From positions 74,609-138,608 of the forward strand of contig CAWJRK010000016.1 in assembly GCA_963845215.1 (NCBI GenBank): DNA of 64,000 nucleotides. The letters are read 5' to 3'. Source of the DNA: an uncultured Actinomycetota bacterium (GTDB lineage: Bacteria; Actinomycetota; Actinomycetes; Propionibacteriales; Nocardioidaceae). Shown piece after piece: positions 1 to 11,099 of this stretch. The position numbers and the translations under genes are program-made. The notes beneath the pieces are model-generated. The model was not told the origin of the DNA, ran no database searches, and worked only from the letters and a program-made list of their open reading frames with translations. How positions within the stretch are numbered: the stretch's first letter is position 1; every line of letters starts with the position of its first letter.

Positions 1-836
1 GAGACGAAGTCCTTGACGTAGTCGTCGGCCGGGCGGGCCACCACTTCGTCCGGCGTGCCGATCTGGACGATCTCGCCGTCGCGGAGGATCAGGATCCGGT
101 CGCCGAGCTTCAGCGCCTCGGAGAGGTCGTGGGTGATGAAGACCATCGTCTTGCCCAGCTCGCGGTGCAGCCGGATGACCTCGTTCTGCATGTCCCGGCG
201 GATCAGCGGGTCGAGCGCCGAGAACGGCTCGTCGAACAACAGCATCTCTGGGTCGTTCGCGAGAGCCCGGGCGAGCCCGACCCGCTGCTGCATACCGCCG
301 GAGAGCTGATCGGGGTAGGACATCTCGTAGCCCTGGAGGCCGACCAGCTCGATGATCTCGCCGGCCTTGGCCCGGCGCTCCTTCTTGGAGATGCCGCGGA
401 CCTCGAGGCCGTAGGCGACGTTGTCGATCACCTGCCGGTGCGGCAGCAGCCCGAAGTGCTGGAACACCATGGAGGTGTGGGTACGCCGTAGCTCGCGGAG
501 CTCCGCGTCGCTGGCCTTGACGACGTCCTGGCCGCCCATCATGATCTGGCCGGCAGTCGGGTCGATCAGTCGCGTGAGCAGCCGGATCAGGGTGGACTTC
601 CCGGAGCCCGAGAGACCCATCACCACGAAGACCTCACCGGGCGCCACGTCGAAGGAGACGTCCTTGACGCCCACCACGCAGCCGGTCTTCTCCTTCAGGT
701 CGGCCCGGGACAGATCGGCGTTTGGAGTGCCGATGAGGTTGTCGGAGCCCTTGCCGAAGATCTTCCAGAGGTTGCGCACCGAGAGTGCGCTGTCAGTGGT
801 CGTGGCCTCGGCGGCGTTGTCGATTGCGACGCTCAT
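1..836 (-). CDS. Glycine betaine/proline ABC transporter ATP-binding subunit (ProV/OpuAA type), runs off window edge
   Basis: Reverse-strand translation gives [12 protein letters not shown] (Walker A), [41 protein letters not shown] at 836 overlaps the betA stop. Confidence 0.9.
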   Translation of the reverse strand, partial: MSVAIDNAAEATTTDSALSVRNLWKIFGKGSDNLIGTPNADLSRADLKEKTGCVVGVKDVSFDVAPGEVFVVMGLSGSGKSTLIRLLTRLIDPTAGQIMMGGQDVVKASDAELRELRRTHTSMVFQHFGLLPHRQVIDNVAYGLEVRGISKKERRAKAGEIIELVGLQGYEMSYPDQLSGGMQQRVGLARALANDPEMLLFDEPFSALDPLIRRDMQNEVIRLHRELGKTMVFITHDLSEALKLGDRILILRDGEIVQIGTPDEVVARPADDYVKDFV

Positions 837-2543
837 GCGGTGTCCTCACGGTTGCGGCTGTCGCCGGGTGGATGCAGCGGGGACCCGTCCCGATAGCGGT
901 AGTAGGGCACATCGGCGGCCGGAAGTGGCGTGTTTCCGGCAATCAGGTCGGCGGCCTTCTCGGCGACCATCATCACGGGGGCGTAGATGTTGCCGTTGGT
1001 GACGAACGGGAACACCGAGGCGTCGACGACGCGCAGTCCCTCGGTGCCGTGGACTTTCATCGTGGTGGGGTCGACCACCGACATCTCGTCGATGCCCATC
1101 TTCGCGGTGCACGACGGGTGGAGGGCGGTCTCGGCGTCGGCGCGCACCCAGTCGAGGATCTCCTCGTCGGTCTCCACCGAGGGGCCGGGCGAGAGCTCCC
1201 CGTCGTTGTACGCCGCGAACGCAGGCTGGTTGAGGATGTCGCGCGCGACCCGGATCGCCTCCACCCACTCCTTGCGGTCGTTGGCGGTCGACAGGTAGTT
1301 GAACAGGATCGACGGGTGCTCGCGCGGGTCGCGCGACTTGATGCGCACGTGGCCGCGGGTGTCGGCGTACATCGGTCCGATGTGCACCTGGTAGCCGTGG
1401 CCCTTGGTCGGTGCCGAGCCGTCGTAACGGATCGCGACGGGGAGGAAGTGGAACATCAGGTTGGGGTAGTCGACCTCGTCGTTGCTGCGCGCGAAGCCGC
1501 CGCCCTCGAAGTGGTTGGTGGCGCCGAGGCCGCGGCGGAAGAACAGCCAGTCGACGGCGATCTTCGGCCGCATCCGCCAGCGCAGGCCGGGCGCGATCGA
1601 GACCGGCTGCTTGGAGGCGTACTGGATGTAGACCTCGAGGTGGTCCTGGAGGTTCTCGCCGACTCCCGGCGAGTGGTGCACGACGTCGATGCCGTGCTGG
1701 GCGAGCAGTGCCTGGTCGCCGACGCCGCTGAGCTGGAGCAGCTGCGGGGTGTTGATCGCGCCGCCGCAGAGGATCACCTCGCCGGCCTCGACGCTGCGCT
1801 TGCCCGCGACCGGTGCGCTCGTAGTCGACGCCGACCGCGCGCTTGCCCTGGAACCGGACGCCAGTGACGAACGCCGACGTCTCGACGCGCAGGTTCTTCC
1901 GGTTGCGCACGGGGTGCAGGTAGGCCCGCGCCGCGGAGAGGCGGCGGCCGCGGTAGACGTTGCGGTCGAACTTCGCGAAGCCCTCCTGGCGGTAGCCGTT
2001 GACGTCGTCGGTCAGCGGGTAGCCCGCCTCGGTCGCGGCCCGGAAGAACGCGTCGAACAACGGGTTGGTGGCCGGGCCGCGCTCGAGCTTCAGCGGGCCG
2101 TCGCCGCCGCGCCACTCGTCGGCGCCGGCCAGGCAGTTCTCCATCCTCTTGAAGTAGGGCAGGCAGTGGAGGTAGTCCCACTCCTTCATCCCCGGCTCAC
2201 CGGCCCAGCGCTCGTAGTCGAGCGGGTTGCCGCGCTGGAAGATCATCCCGTTGATGCTGCTGGACCCGCCGAGCACCTTGCCGCGGGCGTGGAAGACGCG
2301 GCGGCCGTTGAGGTCCGGCTCGGGGTCGGTCTCGTACTTCCAGTCGTAGAGGCGGTTGCCGATCGGGAACGGCAGCGCCGCCGGCATGTGCACCAGCGGG
2401 TCGAGCTTCCAGTCGGAGTGGCCGGCCTCGAGCACGAGCACGCTGGTGCTCGGGTCGGCCGAGAGCCGGTTGGCGATGGCGCAGCCGGCCGAGCCGCCGC
2501 CGACGATCACGTAGTCGTAGCGCTTGGCGGTCAGGAGAACCAC
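833..2543 (-). CDS. betA: Choline dehydrogenase (GMC oxidoreductase), frameshift near 1790-1810
   Basis: [26 protein letters not shown] in one frame; [25 protein letters not shown] in the other. Start uncertain (GTG 2543 or CTG 2534). Confidence 0.9.
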
Positions 2544-3997
2544 CTCTGCTCGGCCGGCCGGACGTTGTGCCAGACGTGCTTGGTCTCGCGGTACTCGTCG
2601 AGACCTGCCTGCCCGAGCTCGCGGCCGACGCCCGACTGCTTGTAGCCGCCCCACTCGGCCTGCGGCACGTAGGGGTGGTAGTCGTTGATCCAGACCGTGC
2701 CCATCCGCAACCGGGCCGCGACGCGCTGCCCCTTGCCGGCGTCCTGGGTCCAGACCGCGCCGGCCAGCCCGTAGATGCTGTCGTTGGCGATCGCGACGGC
2801 TTCGTCCTCGCTGGTGAACGTCTCGACGGTGAGCACCGGACCGAACGACTCGTCCTGGGTCACCGACATCGCGCTGGTGCACCGGTCGAGCACGGTGGGC
2901 AGGTAGTAGAAGCCCTCGGCCAGGGCCGGGTCGTCGGGGCGCTTGCCACCGCACCGGAGTACGGCGCCCTCGGCGAGTCCGGCGGCGACGTACGACTCCA
3001 CCTTGTCGCGGTGGGCGGCGCTGGTCAGCGGGCCGGTCTCGGCCTTCTCGTCGAACGGGCCGCCCAGCCGGATCCGTTCGGCCCGCTCCACGAGGGCGTC
3101 GACGAACTGGTCGTGGATCGACTCCTCGACCACCAGCCGCGCGCCGGCGGAGCAGACCTGGCCGGAGTGCAGGAAGACGGCGGTGAGTGCGTAGTCGAGG
3201 GCGACCTCGAGGTCGGCGTCGGCGAACACGATGTTGGGGTTCTTGCCGCCGAGCTCGAGGGCGACCTTCTTGACGGTGCCCGCAGCCGCGGCCATCAGCG
3301 CCTTGCCGGTGGCGAGCCCGCCGGTGAACGACACCAGGTCGACCCGCGGGTCCGTCGACAGGGGCGGGCCGGCGGCCGCGCCGGCCCCGAGCACCAGGTT
3401 GCCGACGCCAGCGGGCAGCCCGGCCTCCTCGAGGAGCCGCATCAGGTGGATGGCCGTGTGCGGGGTGAGCTCGCTCGGCTTGAGCACGAACGTGTTGCCC
3501 GCGGCCAGGCACGGCGCGACCTTCCAGGAGACCTGGAGGAGGGGGTAGTTCCACGGGGTGACCAGCGCGCAGACCCCGATCGGCTCGTGCACGATCCGGC
3601 TGACCACGTCGGCGTTGCCGGTGTCGACCATCCGGCCGGCGTCCTCGGCCGCGACCCGGCCGTAGTGGCGGAACACCGAGACGATGTCGTCGATGTCGTA
3701 CTCCGACTCGACCAGGCGCTTGCCGGTGTCGAGCGACTCCATCCGCGCCAGGTCGGCCTTGTCGCGCTCGAGCAGGTCGGCGACCCTGGTCAGCAGGTCG
3801 CCGCGCTCGCGGGCCGACGTGTGCGGCCAGGGGCCGTCGTGGAACGCGCGATGCGCGGCGGCGATGGCGGCCTCGGTGTCCTCGACCCCGGCCTCGTCCA
3901 CCTCGGCGACGAGGCTCCCGTCGGCCGGGCAACGGATCTCGCGACGACCTCCGGCACGGGCGCCAACCCACTCGCCATCGACGTACAGATCCGGCAC
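2531..3997 (-). CDS. betB: Betaine aldehyde dehydrogenase
   Basis: ALDH motifs [29 protein letters not shown]; adjacent to betA. Confidence 0.88.
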   Translation of the reverse strand: MPDLYVDGEWVGARAGGRREIRCPADGSLVAEVDEAGVEDTEAAIAAAHRAFHDGPWPHTSARERGDLLTRVADLLERDKADLARMESLDTGKRLVESEYDIDDIVSVFRHYGRVAAEDAGRMVDTGNADVVSRIVHEPIGVCALVTPWNYPLLQVSWKVAPCLAAGNTFVLKPSELTPHTAIHLMRLLEEAGLPAGVGNLVLGAGAAAGPPLSTDPRVDLVSFTGGLATGKALMAAAAGTVKKVALELGGKNPNIVFADADLEVALDYALTAVFLHSGQVCSAGARLVVEESIHDQFVDALVERAERIRLGGPFDEKAETGPLTSAAHRDKVESYVAAGLAEGAVLRCGGKRPDDPALAEGFYYLPTVLDRCTSAMSVTQDESFGPVLTVETFTSEDEAVAIANDSIYGLAGAVWTQDAGKGQRVAARLRMGTVWINDYHPYVPQAEWGGYKQSGVGRELGQAGLDEYRETKHVWHNVRPAEQRWFS

Positions 3998-4022
3998 GGT
4001 CCGCTCACCCTCTGCTCGAGAT

Positions 4023-4039
4023 GTTGCGCATGACGCAAC
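4023..4039. promoter_or_regulatory. Palindromic operator GTTGCG-N5-CGCAAC upstream of betB
   Basis: GTTGCGCATGACGCAAC, perfect 6-bp arms; related copies at 5790, 5810, 6678, 6710, 6729, 17005. Confidence 0.7.
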
Positions 4040-4150
4040 CAAGCGCTCCCACCGCAACCCGGTTGTGCCCTTGAGAATGCTGCGGACCGGCCCCCGCGTC
4101 AAGGACCGTGAGTCGTCTGTGACCCAACGTTGACCCGGCTGCTGCGCCTG

Positions 4151-5779
4151 TCAGGGCCCGTCCGGGAACTTCTGCGCGTGCTCCACCGCACGACGCACGC
4201 GCGGCGGCAGGGTCGAGTCGAAGGTCTCCTTGCGCAGCTCCATCACCAGCGCGACGCACATGCCGATGAGCACCAGCATGAACGGCCCCGCGACCAGGAT
4301 CACCAACGTCTGCAGCGCGGAGAGACCACCAGCCCACAGCAGCACCGCGGCGACCGCGCCAGTGGCCACACCCCAGAAGATGATCAGGTGGCGTCGCGGC
4401 TCCTCCTCGCCACCCTGGCTGAGCATGCCCATCACGATCGAGGCCGCATCCGCCCCAGTCACGAAGAAGATCGCCACCAGGAAGACCGCCAGCGCCACGG
4501 TGATCGTGGCGAGCGGGAACTCGCGCAACGTGTCGAAGAGCGACGCCTCGAGAGCAATGCCGCCCGTCTCGGTCAGGGGTGGGTCCCAACCCTGGTTGAG
4601 CTGCAGGTCGATCGCCGTGCCGCCCAGGATCGCGAACCACACGAACGACACCAGGCTCGGCACGACGATCACGTAGATCACGAACTGCCTGATCGTCCGT
4701 CCCTTGGAGATGCGCGCGATGAACATGCCCACGAACGGCGTCCAGGAGATCCACCACGCCCAGTAGAAGACCGTCCATCCGCTGATCCAGGAACTCGCTT
4801 CGGCGTCGTAGACACCGGTGTTGAACGACATCGAGGGCAGCTGCGTCAGGTAGTCGCCCATCGTCGTGGTGAACGTGCTCAGGATGAACACCGTGGGCCC
4901 GACCACGAACAGGAAGAACACCAGCAGTCCGGCGGCAATGGCATTCGCGTTGGAGAGGTACTTGATGCCGCGCTGCACGCCGGAGATCGCCGACAGCACG
5001 AAGCAGCCGGTCAGAACGGCGATCACCACCACGGCCAGCGTCTTGTTTCCGCCACCCTCTCCGAACACGTCGTCGATGCCGCCGGTGATCTGCAGGGCGC
5101 CGAGGCCGAGTGACGTGGCCGAGCCGAACAGAGTGGCGAAGATCGCCAGCACGTCGATGGCCTTGCCCGGGCCCTCGGACGCTCGTCGGCCGAGGAGCGG
5201 CCGGAACGTCGCCGAGATCGTGTTGCCGTAACCCTTGCGATAGGCGAAGTAGCCGATGGCCAGGCCGATCACGGCGTACATCGCCCAGGGGTGGAAGCCC
5301 CAGTGGAAGAAGGCGTACTGCATCGACTCCGCTGCGGCCTCCGGCGACCCGGGCTCTGCCTCCCCCAGCGGAGGGGCGTTGAGGTGGGTGAGTGGTTCGG
5401 CGACGCCCCAGAACATCAGGCCGATGCCCATTCCGGTCGCGAACATCATCGACACCCAGGAGAAGGTCGAGAACTCCGGCTCGCTGTCATCGGGACCGAG
5501 CTTGAGGTTGCCGTAACGGCTGATCGCGAGGTAGGCCGAGAACAGCACGAACGCGGCACTGGTCAGGACGAAGAGCCAGCCGAAGTTGCCGGTCACCCAG
5601 CCCAGAGCCTCAGTGGTCTCGCGTGCCGTTTCGTCGGGCCAGACCGCGCCGATCGTGACGAACCCGATCGCGAGCACCGCTGCTACCCCGAAGACGACCT
5701 TGTCGATGGGCAGCTCGCCCGGGTGACCGTCCAGATCGGTCGGCGCCGGCTCCTTGATGTCGGTCATCGCATCCTCCAC
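4151..5779 (-). CDS. betT: BCCT family choline/betaine transporter
   Basis: MMFATGMGIGLMFWGVAEP, FFHWGFHPW, WTVFYWAWWISWTPFVGMFIARIS. Confidence 0.9.
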   Translation of the reverse strand: MEDAMTDIKEPAPTDLDGHPGELPIDKVVFGVAAVLAIGFVTIGAVWPDETARETTEALGWVTGNFGWLFVLTSAAFVLFSAYLAISRYGNLKLGPDDSEPEFSTFSWVSMMFATGMGIGLMFWGVAEPLTHLNAPPLGEAEPGSPEAAAESMQYAFFHWGFHPWAMYAVIGLAIGYFAYRKGYGNTISATFRPLLGRRASEGPGKAIDVLAIFATLFGSATSLGLGALQITGGIDDVFGEGGGNKTLAVVVIAVLTGCFVLSAISGVQRGIKYLSNANAIAAGLLVFFLFVVGPTVFILSTFTTTMGDYLTQLPSMSFNTGVYDAEASSWISGWTVFYWAWWISWTPFVGMFIARISKGRTIRQFVIYVIVVPSLVSFVWFAILGGTAIDLQLNQGWDPPLTETGGIALEASLFDTLREFPLATITVALAVFLVAIFFVTGADAASIVMGMLSQGGEEEPRRHLIIFWGVATGAVAAVLLWAGGLSALQTLVILVAGPFMLVLIGMCVALVMELRKETFDSTLPPRVRRAVEHAQKFPDGP

Positions 5780-5789
5780 GATCGAGAGT

Positions 5790-5826
5790 GTTGCGTATCG
5801 CGCGATCCTGTCGCGTCATCCACAAC
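5790..5826. promoter_or_regulatory. Two tandem degenerate copies of the 17-bp operator upstream of betT
   Basis: GTTGCGTATCGCGCGAT and GTCGCGTCATCCACAAC. Confidence 0.55.
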
Positions 5827-5891
5827 ACTTGGGACCATGAGGATCTGTGATGCGGGTCACCGCGTCAAGGGGGTGGACGGGATCCCGCGCG

Positions 5892-6686
5892 TCAGCGGTG
5901 ACCCCAACCGAGCCGGTGCGACACCTCCAAGGCCGCCTCCACGAGCTGGGCGACGACCTCGTCGACGCGTTCGGGGGTGAGCCGGAACGTCGGCCCCGAG
6001 ACGCTCATCGAGGCGACCACGTCGCCGTGGGCATTCCGGATCGGGGCCGCCGCCGCGGTGAGCCCGACCTCGAGCTCGTCGACGGCAAGGGCGTAGCCCT
6101 GCTCGCCGACCTGGGCGAGCTCCTCACGAAGCTTCGACTTCTTGGTGATGGTCAGGGGCGTGTACGGCGACAGCTTGCCCAGCAGGTCGTCGAGCGCCTT
6201 CTTGTCCAGCCCGCTGAGCAGCACCTTGCCGTTGCTGGTCGCGTGCAGCGGGATGTGCTGTCCGACCCAGTTGTGCGGCTGGAGGGCGGAGGAGCCCGCA
6301 ACCTGGTCGAGGTAGAGCGCCGAGGTCTCCGAGAGCACCGCGATGTTGACGGTCTCGCCGGTGTCGGCGGCGAGCTGCCGGCACAGCGACCTGGCCTCCT
6401 GCACCACGTCGAGCCGGGCACTGGTCGCGCCGGCGAGCCGCAGCACCCCGACGCCGAGGCGGTACTTGCCGCGGTCCTCGGTCTGCTCCACCAGGCGGTG
6501 CGCCTCGAGGGTCGCGACCAGCCGGAACGCGGTGCTCTTGTGCACGCCGAGCTCGGCGGCGACCTCGGTGACCCCGGCCTCGCCGCCGCGGGCCAGCAGC
6601 TCCAGGATGGTCAGCGCCCGGTCGACCGACTGCACTCCGGTCGCCGCGCCAGCGTCCCCGTTCGGTGCCTGCGGGCTGTTGCGCAT
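5892..6686 (-). CDS. IclR family transcriptional regulator
   Basis: VQSVDRALTILE HTH, HATSNGK, GYALAVDELEVG effector domain. Confidence 0.92.
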   Translation of the reverse strand: MRNSPQAPNGDAGAATGVQSVDRALTILELLARGGEAGVTEVAAELGVHKSTAFRLVATLEAHRLVEQTEDRGKYRLGVGVLRLAGATSARLDVVQEARSLCRQLAADTGETVNIAVLSETSALYLDQVAGSSALQPHNWVGQHIPLHATSNGKVLLSGLDKKALDDLLGKLSPYTPLTITKKSKLREELAQVGEQGYALAVDELEVGLTAAAAPIRNAHGDVVASMSVSGPTFRLTPERVDEVVAQLVEAALEVSHRLGWGHR

Positions 6687-6745
6687 GGAGCGACACTAGC
6701 GCAGGACGTGTTGCGTATCGCAGACTGAGTTTCGTTCACCGCAAC
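6678..6745. promoter_or_regulatory. Three operator-like copies in the divergent iclR/purU promoter
   Basis: GTTGCGCATGGAGCGAC, GTTGCGTATCGCAGACT, GTTTCGTTCACCGCAAC. Confidence 0.55.
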
Positions 6746-6782
6746 ACGCTTCCACCACTGCTACCAGATCGCCGGGGTCCTC

Positions 6783-7685
6783 ATGGTGCTGCCCACCTCC
6801 GTCCAGTCGAACAGCGCGACGGCACCCGCAGGGGACTTCGTGCTCATCCTCTCGTGTGCGGACCGTCCCGGCATCGTGCACGCGGTGAGCGGGTTCCTGG
6901 TCCGGCACGGCGGCAACATCCTCGAGAGCCAGCAGTTCAACGACCAGCTGGTCGACCGCTTCTTCATGCGCATCGACTTCGTCGTCGATGGCACGGGTGG
7001 CGCCGGCGACGCCGCCTCGCTACGGACGGCGTTCGAGCCGGTGGCCCGGGAGTTCGGGATGGAGTACGAGCTGTGGGACGCGGCGGCGCCGTACCGCACG
7101 TTGATCATGGTCTCCAAGCACCTGCACTGCCTCAACGACCTGCTCTTCCGGGCGAGCACGCGCTCGCTGCAGATCGACATCCCGGTCGTCGTGTCGAACC
7201 ACCTGGACGCCGAGCCGCTGGTGCGCTCGTACGGCCTCGAGTTCCGCCACCTCCCGGTGACGCCGGCGACCAAGCCGGAGGCCGAGCAGCAGCTGATGGA
7301 GCTGGTCGACGACCTCGGCATCCACCTCGTGGTGCTGGCCCGCTACATGCAGGTGCTCTCCGACGACCTGTGCCGCCGGCTGTCCGGCCGGGCGATCAAC
7401 ATCCACCACTCGTTCCTGCCGAGCTTCAAGGGCGCCAAGCCGTACCACCAGGCCTTCGACCGCGGGGTGAAGCTGGTCGGCGCCACCGCCCACTACGTCA
7501 CCGGCGAGCTCGACGAGGGCCCGATCATCGAGCAGGACGTGATGCGGGTGGACCACTCCTACGACCAGGACCAGCTGGTCTCCGCCGGCCGCGACGTCGA
7601 GGCGCAGGTGCTGTCCCGCGCCGTGCGGTGGCACTCGCAGTCACGCGTGCTGCTCAACGGGCACCGCACCGTCGTGTTCCGCTGA
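6783..7685 (+). CDS. purU: Formyltetrahydrofolate deformylase
   Basis: N-terminal ACT domain, LARYMQVLS, INIHHSFLPSFKGAKPY, LDEGPIIEQ. Confidence 0.95.
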   Translation: MVLPTSVQSNSATAPAGDFVLILSCADRPGIVHAVSGFLVRHGGNILESQQFNDQLVDRFFMRIDFVVDGTGGAGDAASLRTAFEPVAREFGMEYELWDAAAPYRTLIMVSKHLHCLNDLLFRASTRSLQIDIPVVVSNHLDAEPLVRSYGLEFRHLPVTPATKPEAEQQLMELVDDLGIHLVVLARYMQVLSDDLCRRLSGRAINIHHSFLPSFKGAKPYHQAFDRGVKLVGATAHYVTGELDEGPIIEQDVMRVDHSYDQDQLVSAGRDVEAQVLSRAVRWHSQSRVLLNGHRTVVFR

Positions 7686-7718
7686 TCAAGCGAGCAGCGG
7701 TGAGGCCAGCAAAGGCCC

Positions 7719-8951
7719 TCAGACTTTCAGCATGTCCCGTCGCCGTCTGATCACTCGCTGGAGCTTGTTGAGTCTGCCCGCGTCGTAAGGCAAGTCGTCC
7801 ACACCCGGCAGCCATAGGTCCACGCTGTCAGCGATCGCCGTGACGACCCGGCGCGCGGCTCTCTCCGGGAGGCCAAGACCGACGCCGAGATCCACGAACT
7901 TGGCACCCGAGATGTTCCCGTCCCGCTTACCTGCGACCGATAGAGCGAGGGCGTTGTCTCCGTACGGCTGCGAGCTCGGGAGGTCGTATGCAGGCGAAGG
8001 CGCCCAGCGACCGTGCTCGTCTTGAAGGATCGACAGGTTCTTGGCGTGCATGTCTCCGTTGCCGGTGACATACGCAAATGCAACGTGCGCCACGAAGGCA
8101 CGCGCCGCCGGAAGGGGCGCGTCGCAGAGGGCGCACAAGCGGGCCAGGAGGTCCTCCGTTCGAACGCGGTACTTCGCCTCGGGATGAAGACCCAGCACCT
8201 GACATCCGTCCTCGACGGCCAACGCTCGCACTGGCTGGCTCCCGGTCCGGTCGAAACGCCGCACCACCAGTCCGGGCGTGCCGGTGGCATCCCGCACCAG
8301 GTCAGCGTGGACCGCGTTCAAACCCGCTGTTGCCGCAGCACCGAGGAAGAAGCGCTCGTTCTCTACCAGGTAAGGAAACTCCGGGGGATTGAGCTTCAGC
8401 AGGAATTTTTCCCCTGCTGCCGTCACGGGGAGGTTCAACATGGTCAGGCTGACCTTGTCCTGCACACCTGGAAGGCCAACCCGATCGACGTGGATGTTGA
8501 GGTCTGCCAGAAGCTCCTGGAAGTCGACACTGTTGAAGTTCGAGACAGTCAGCAGAGTCTGCACGCTCTGTGGCTCGGTCCCGTGTGGAACCACCGAGAC
8601 ATCGCCTATTGCGTCTGCTCCGACCGCGAGCACCATGCTCAGCTCGTCGTCGGGCGATGTCTTGATGCTTCGACGCAGCGCGGTCAGGCGACGACCCTCG
8701 GGGAGAAGCCCAGCAAAGAACGCTGGGACAGCTCCCCCTGTCGTTCTGAGCGGCTCGGAGGTCACCGGGAGACTCGTCGCCACCGGAGGTCGCCCCTCCG
8801 ATATCCACCCTGGTGTGTACGTGAAGTCGATTCCCGCCGCCGTTCGCTCCAGATGCGCTGCAAGTTCTCCCTTCTTGTACACATCTGCGCGATCGATGGT
8901 CGTGTAGCTCGACAGCTCCACGAGGCCAGTGCCGATCGGCTCTTGAGTCAC
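7719..8951 (-). CDS. hipA: HipA-family toxin kinase
   Basis: FFAGLLPEG, GVQDKVS, GNGDMHAKNLS, SPAYD. Confidence 0.9.
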   Translation of the reverse strand: MTQEPIGTGLVELSSYTTIDRADVYKKGELAAHLERTAAGIDFTYTPGWISEGRPPVATSLPVTSEPLRTTGGAVPAFFAGLLPEGRRLTALRRSIKTSPDDELSMVLAVGADAIGDVSVVPHGTEPQSVQTLLTVSNFNSVDFQELLADLNIHVDRVGLPGVQDKVSLTMLNLPVTAAGEKFLLKLNPPEFPYLVENERFFLGAAATAGLNAVHADLVRDATGTPGLVVRRFDRTGSQPVRALAVEDGCQVLGLHPEAKYRVRTEDLLARLCALCDAPLPAARAFVAHVAFAYVTGNGDMHAKNLSILQDEHGRWAPSPAYDLPSSQPYGDNALALSVAGKRDGNISGAKFVDLGVGLGLPERAARRVVTAIADSVDLWLPGVDDLPYDAGRLNKLQRVIRRRRDMLKV

Positions 8952-9277
8952 GCGGTCTTCTCCTGTTCGGAGCCGGCCGACAGCTCGTAGATGGTGGAGA
9001 GTCGCGGCCCAGCTACGACATCTCCCCCCGCCTGCCCGTGCTCGACCTCGAGACGTAGACCGAGGACGTCCAGCACAGCCAGGACCTTGTCCAGGCGCAC
9101 GCTCTCTTTGCCCGCCTCCAGCTCATTGAGGAAGCGTGGCCCGACGCCAGCGAGCTCTGCGAGCTCCGTTTGGCGAAGCGAGAGTTCTTCCCGCCGGGCT
9201 GTTACGACCGCCGCGAGGACCCCCCGTTGAGCAACCCGAACGGGAAGTGGAGTTCTCGATTTCCTGCGTCCAGCCAT
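8948..9277 (-). CDS. hipB: HipB/Y4mF-like Xre HTH antitoxin
   Basis: RREELSLRQTELAELAGVGPRFLNELEAGKESVRLDKV; 4-bp overlap with hipA. Confidence 0.85.
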   Translation of the reverse strand: MAGRRKSRTPLPVRVAQRGVLAAVVTARREELSLRQTELAELAGVGPRFLNELEAGKESVRLDKVLAVLDVLGLRLEVEHGQAGGDVVAGPRLSTIYELSAGSEQEKTA

Positions 9278-9289
9278 GTCTTTCTCCCT

Positions 9290-9311
9290 AAATTTCCCAA
9301 TAGGGAAGTTT
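9290..9311. promoter_or_regulatory. Palindromic operator upstream of hipBA
   Basis: AAATTTCCC-AATA-GGGAAGTTT in an AT-rich patch just upstream of the hipB start. Confidence 0.6.
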
Positions 9312-9537
9312 AGCGCATTTGCAGGGTCCGATTCTCCCGTGGCGGGGGTTATACTTCCCTAAAGGGTTGTGAAGCTCTCGCCGCGAGCGACGACGGAGGC
9401 GGGCACGCTCGCCAACGGGTGCCGAGAAGATTGCACTGTCGTGTTCCGCTGACAGCTACGGCGCCAGCGCCCGGAGGAAGTCGGGTGCGTCGAACATGAC
9501 CCCGGCCGAGGCCAGGCCCGTCGACTACCGCGCCAAG

Positions 9538-10978
9538 TCAGTCGCCGAGCTCGGCCCGGCGGCGGATGACGTACTCCTGCAGCTCCTGCTTGATGGCGTC
9601 GTCGAGGGTCGGGCTCGACGTACTCCTCGAGCTTCTTGCGGTAGATGTCCTCGGCCCGGTCGTTGGCGTCCTTGCCGCCGTTGCGCATCCAGCGCTCGTA
9701 GTTCTCCGACGACGAGAGCAGCGGGCGGTAGAAGCAGGTGCGGAAGCGCTCCATGGTGTGGGCCGCGCCCAGGAAGTGGCCGCCGTGGCCGACCTCCTCG
9801 TGGGCGCCGAACGCCATCGACTCCTCGTCGATCTCCAGCGGCGTGAACTCGGCCTGCATCATCTGCAGCAGCTCGATGTCGACGATGAACTTCTCGTAGC
9901 CGGCGACCAGGCCGCCCTCGAGCCAGCCGGCCGAGTGCATCACCCAGTTGGCGCCGGCCAGGAACGTCGGCATCATCGTCATCAGCGCCTCGTAGCCGGC
10001 CTGGGCGTCGGCGGTCTGCGACGACGTCAGCCCGCCGCCGGTGCGGAACGGCAGCCCGAAGTGGCGGGCGATCTGACCGGTGCAGAGCAGGCCGATGCCG
10101 GACTCCGGCGTGCCGAACGTCGGCGAGCCGGACTGCATGTCGATGTTGGACAGGAACGACCCGAAGATCACCGGCGTGCCCGGCCGGATCAGCTGCGAGA
10201 GCGCGATGCCGGAAAGTGCCTCGACGATCTGCTGCACGAGCGCGGCCGGGATGGTCACCGGCGACATCGCGCCCATCAGGATGAACGGAGTGAGTACGAC
10301 GGGCTGGCCGGCCGCGGAGTACTCGAACTGCGCCTCGAGCATCCGGTCGTCCCAGCGCAGCGGCGAGTTGCAGTTGATCAGCGAGATCGTCGCCGGCGTC
10401 TCCTCGATCGCCTCGCGGGACCCGAAGAGGATCGAGGTCATGGCCAGCGTGTCCGCGGCGTTGACGCCCGAGACGACGTTGCCCATGTAGATCTTGTCGG
10501 TCAGCGTCTGCAGCGCGTAGGTCATGTCGAGGTGGCGGCTGTCGAGCGGGGTGTCGTTGGGCTCGCAGATGATGCCGCCGGCCGAGTCGAGCACCGGGAA
10601 GGTCTGGGCGAGCTTCGTGAAGTTGGTGAAGTCGTCCATGGTGGCGTCGCGGCGTACCTCACCCTGGCGCACGAACGGCGGGCCGTAGACGGCACCGAAC
10701 GCCATCGCGTCGCCGCCGATGTGGATGTTGTGCTCGGGGTTGCGCGCCTGTACGTCGAACTCGCGCGGCGCCTTCGCGACCTGCTCGAGCACGAAGTCGG
10801 GGTCGAGGAAGACGGTGTTGTCCTCGACGCGCTGGCCGGCCTTGCGGAACAGCTCCAGCGCGCGCTCGTCCATGAACTCGACGCCGATCTCGGTCATCAG
10901 CTTGCGCCAGCCCCGGTCGAGGGTCGCCATCGCCTCGGCGGAGAGCACCTCGTAGCGCGGCATCGTGTTGCGGAACAT
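9538..10978 (-). CDS. Trimethylamine methyltransferase (MttB) family, non-pyrrolysine; probable glycine betaine:corrinoid methyltransferase; frameshift near C-terminus (~9605)
   Basis: INCNSPLRWD, ILMGAMSPVT, IDMQSGSPTFGTPE, HSAGWLEGGL, GHGGHFLG. No in-frame TAG. Native C-terminus (..QELQEYVIRRRAELGD*) is in a shifted frame. Confidence 0.9.
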
Positions 10979-11061
10979 CGAACCTCCTGGAATGAGCCCT
11001 GCGAGAGCACTGTGCTTGACCAGGCCCTCGCGGCATCCTAGCCTCATCATGTGGGACCACC

Positions 11062-11078
11062 GTTCCACATCATGGAAC
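11062..11078. promoter_or_regulatory. Palindrome GTTCCA-N5-TGGAAC between mttB-like gene and second IclR
   Basis: GTTCCACATCATGGAAC; same geometry as the first operator with different arms. Confidence 0.65.
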
Positions 11079-11099
11079 CTAGCGCCAGGGTCTGAGGAG

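Noticed and set aside
9538-10978. Pyrrolysine recoding in the MttB-family gene
   Set aside because: No in-frame TAG and no pyl genes in the window.
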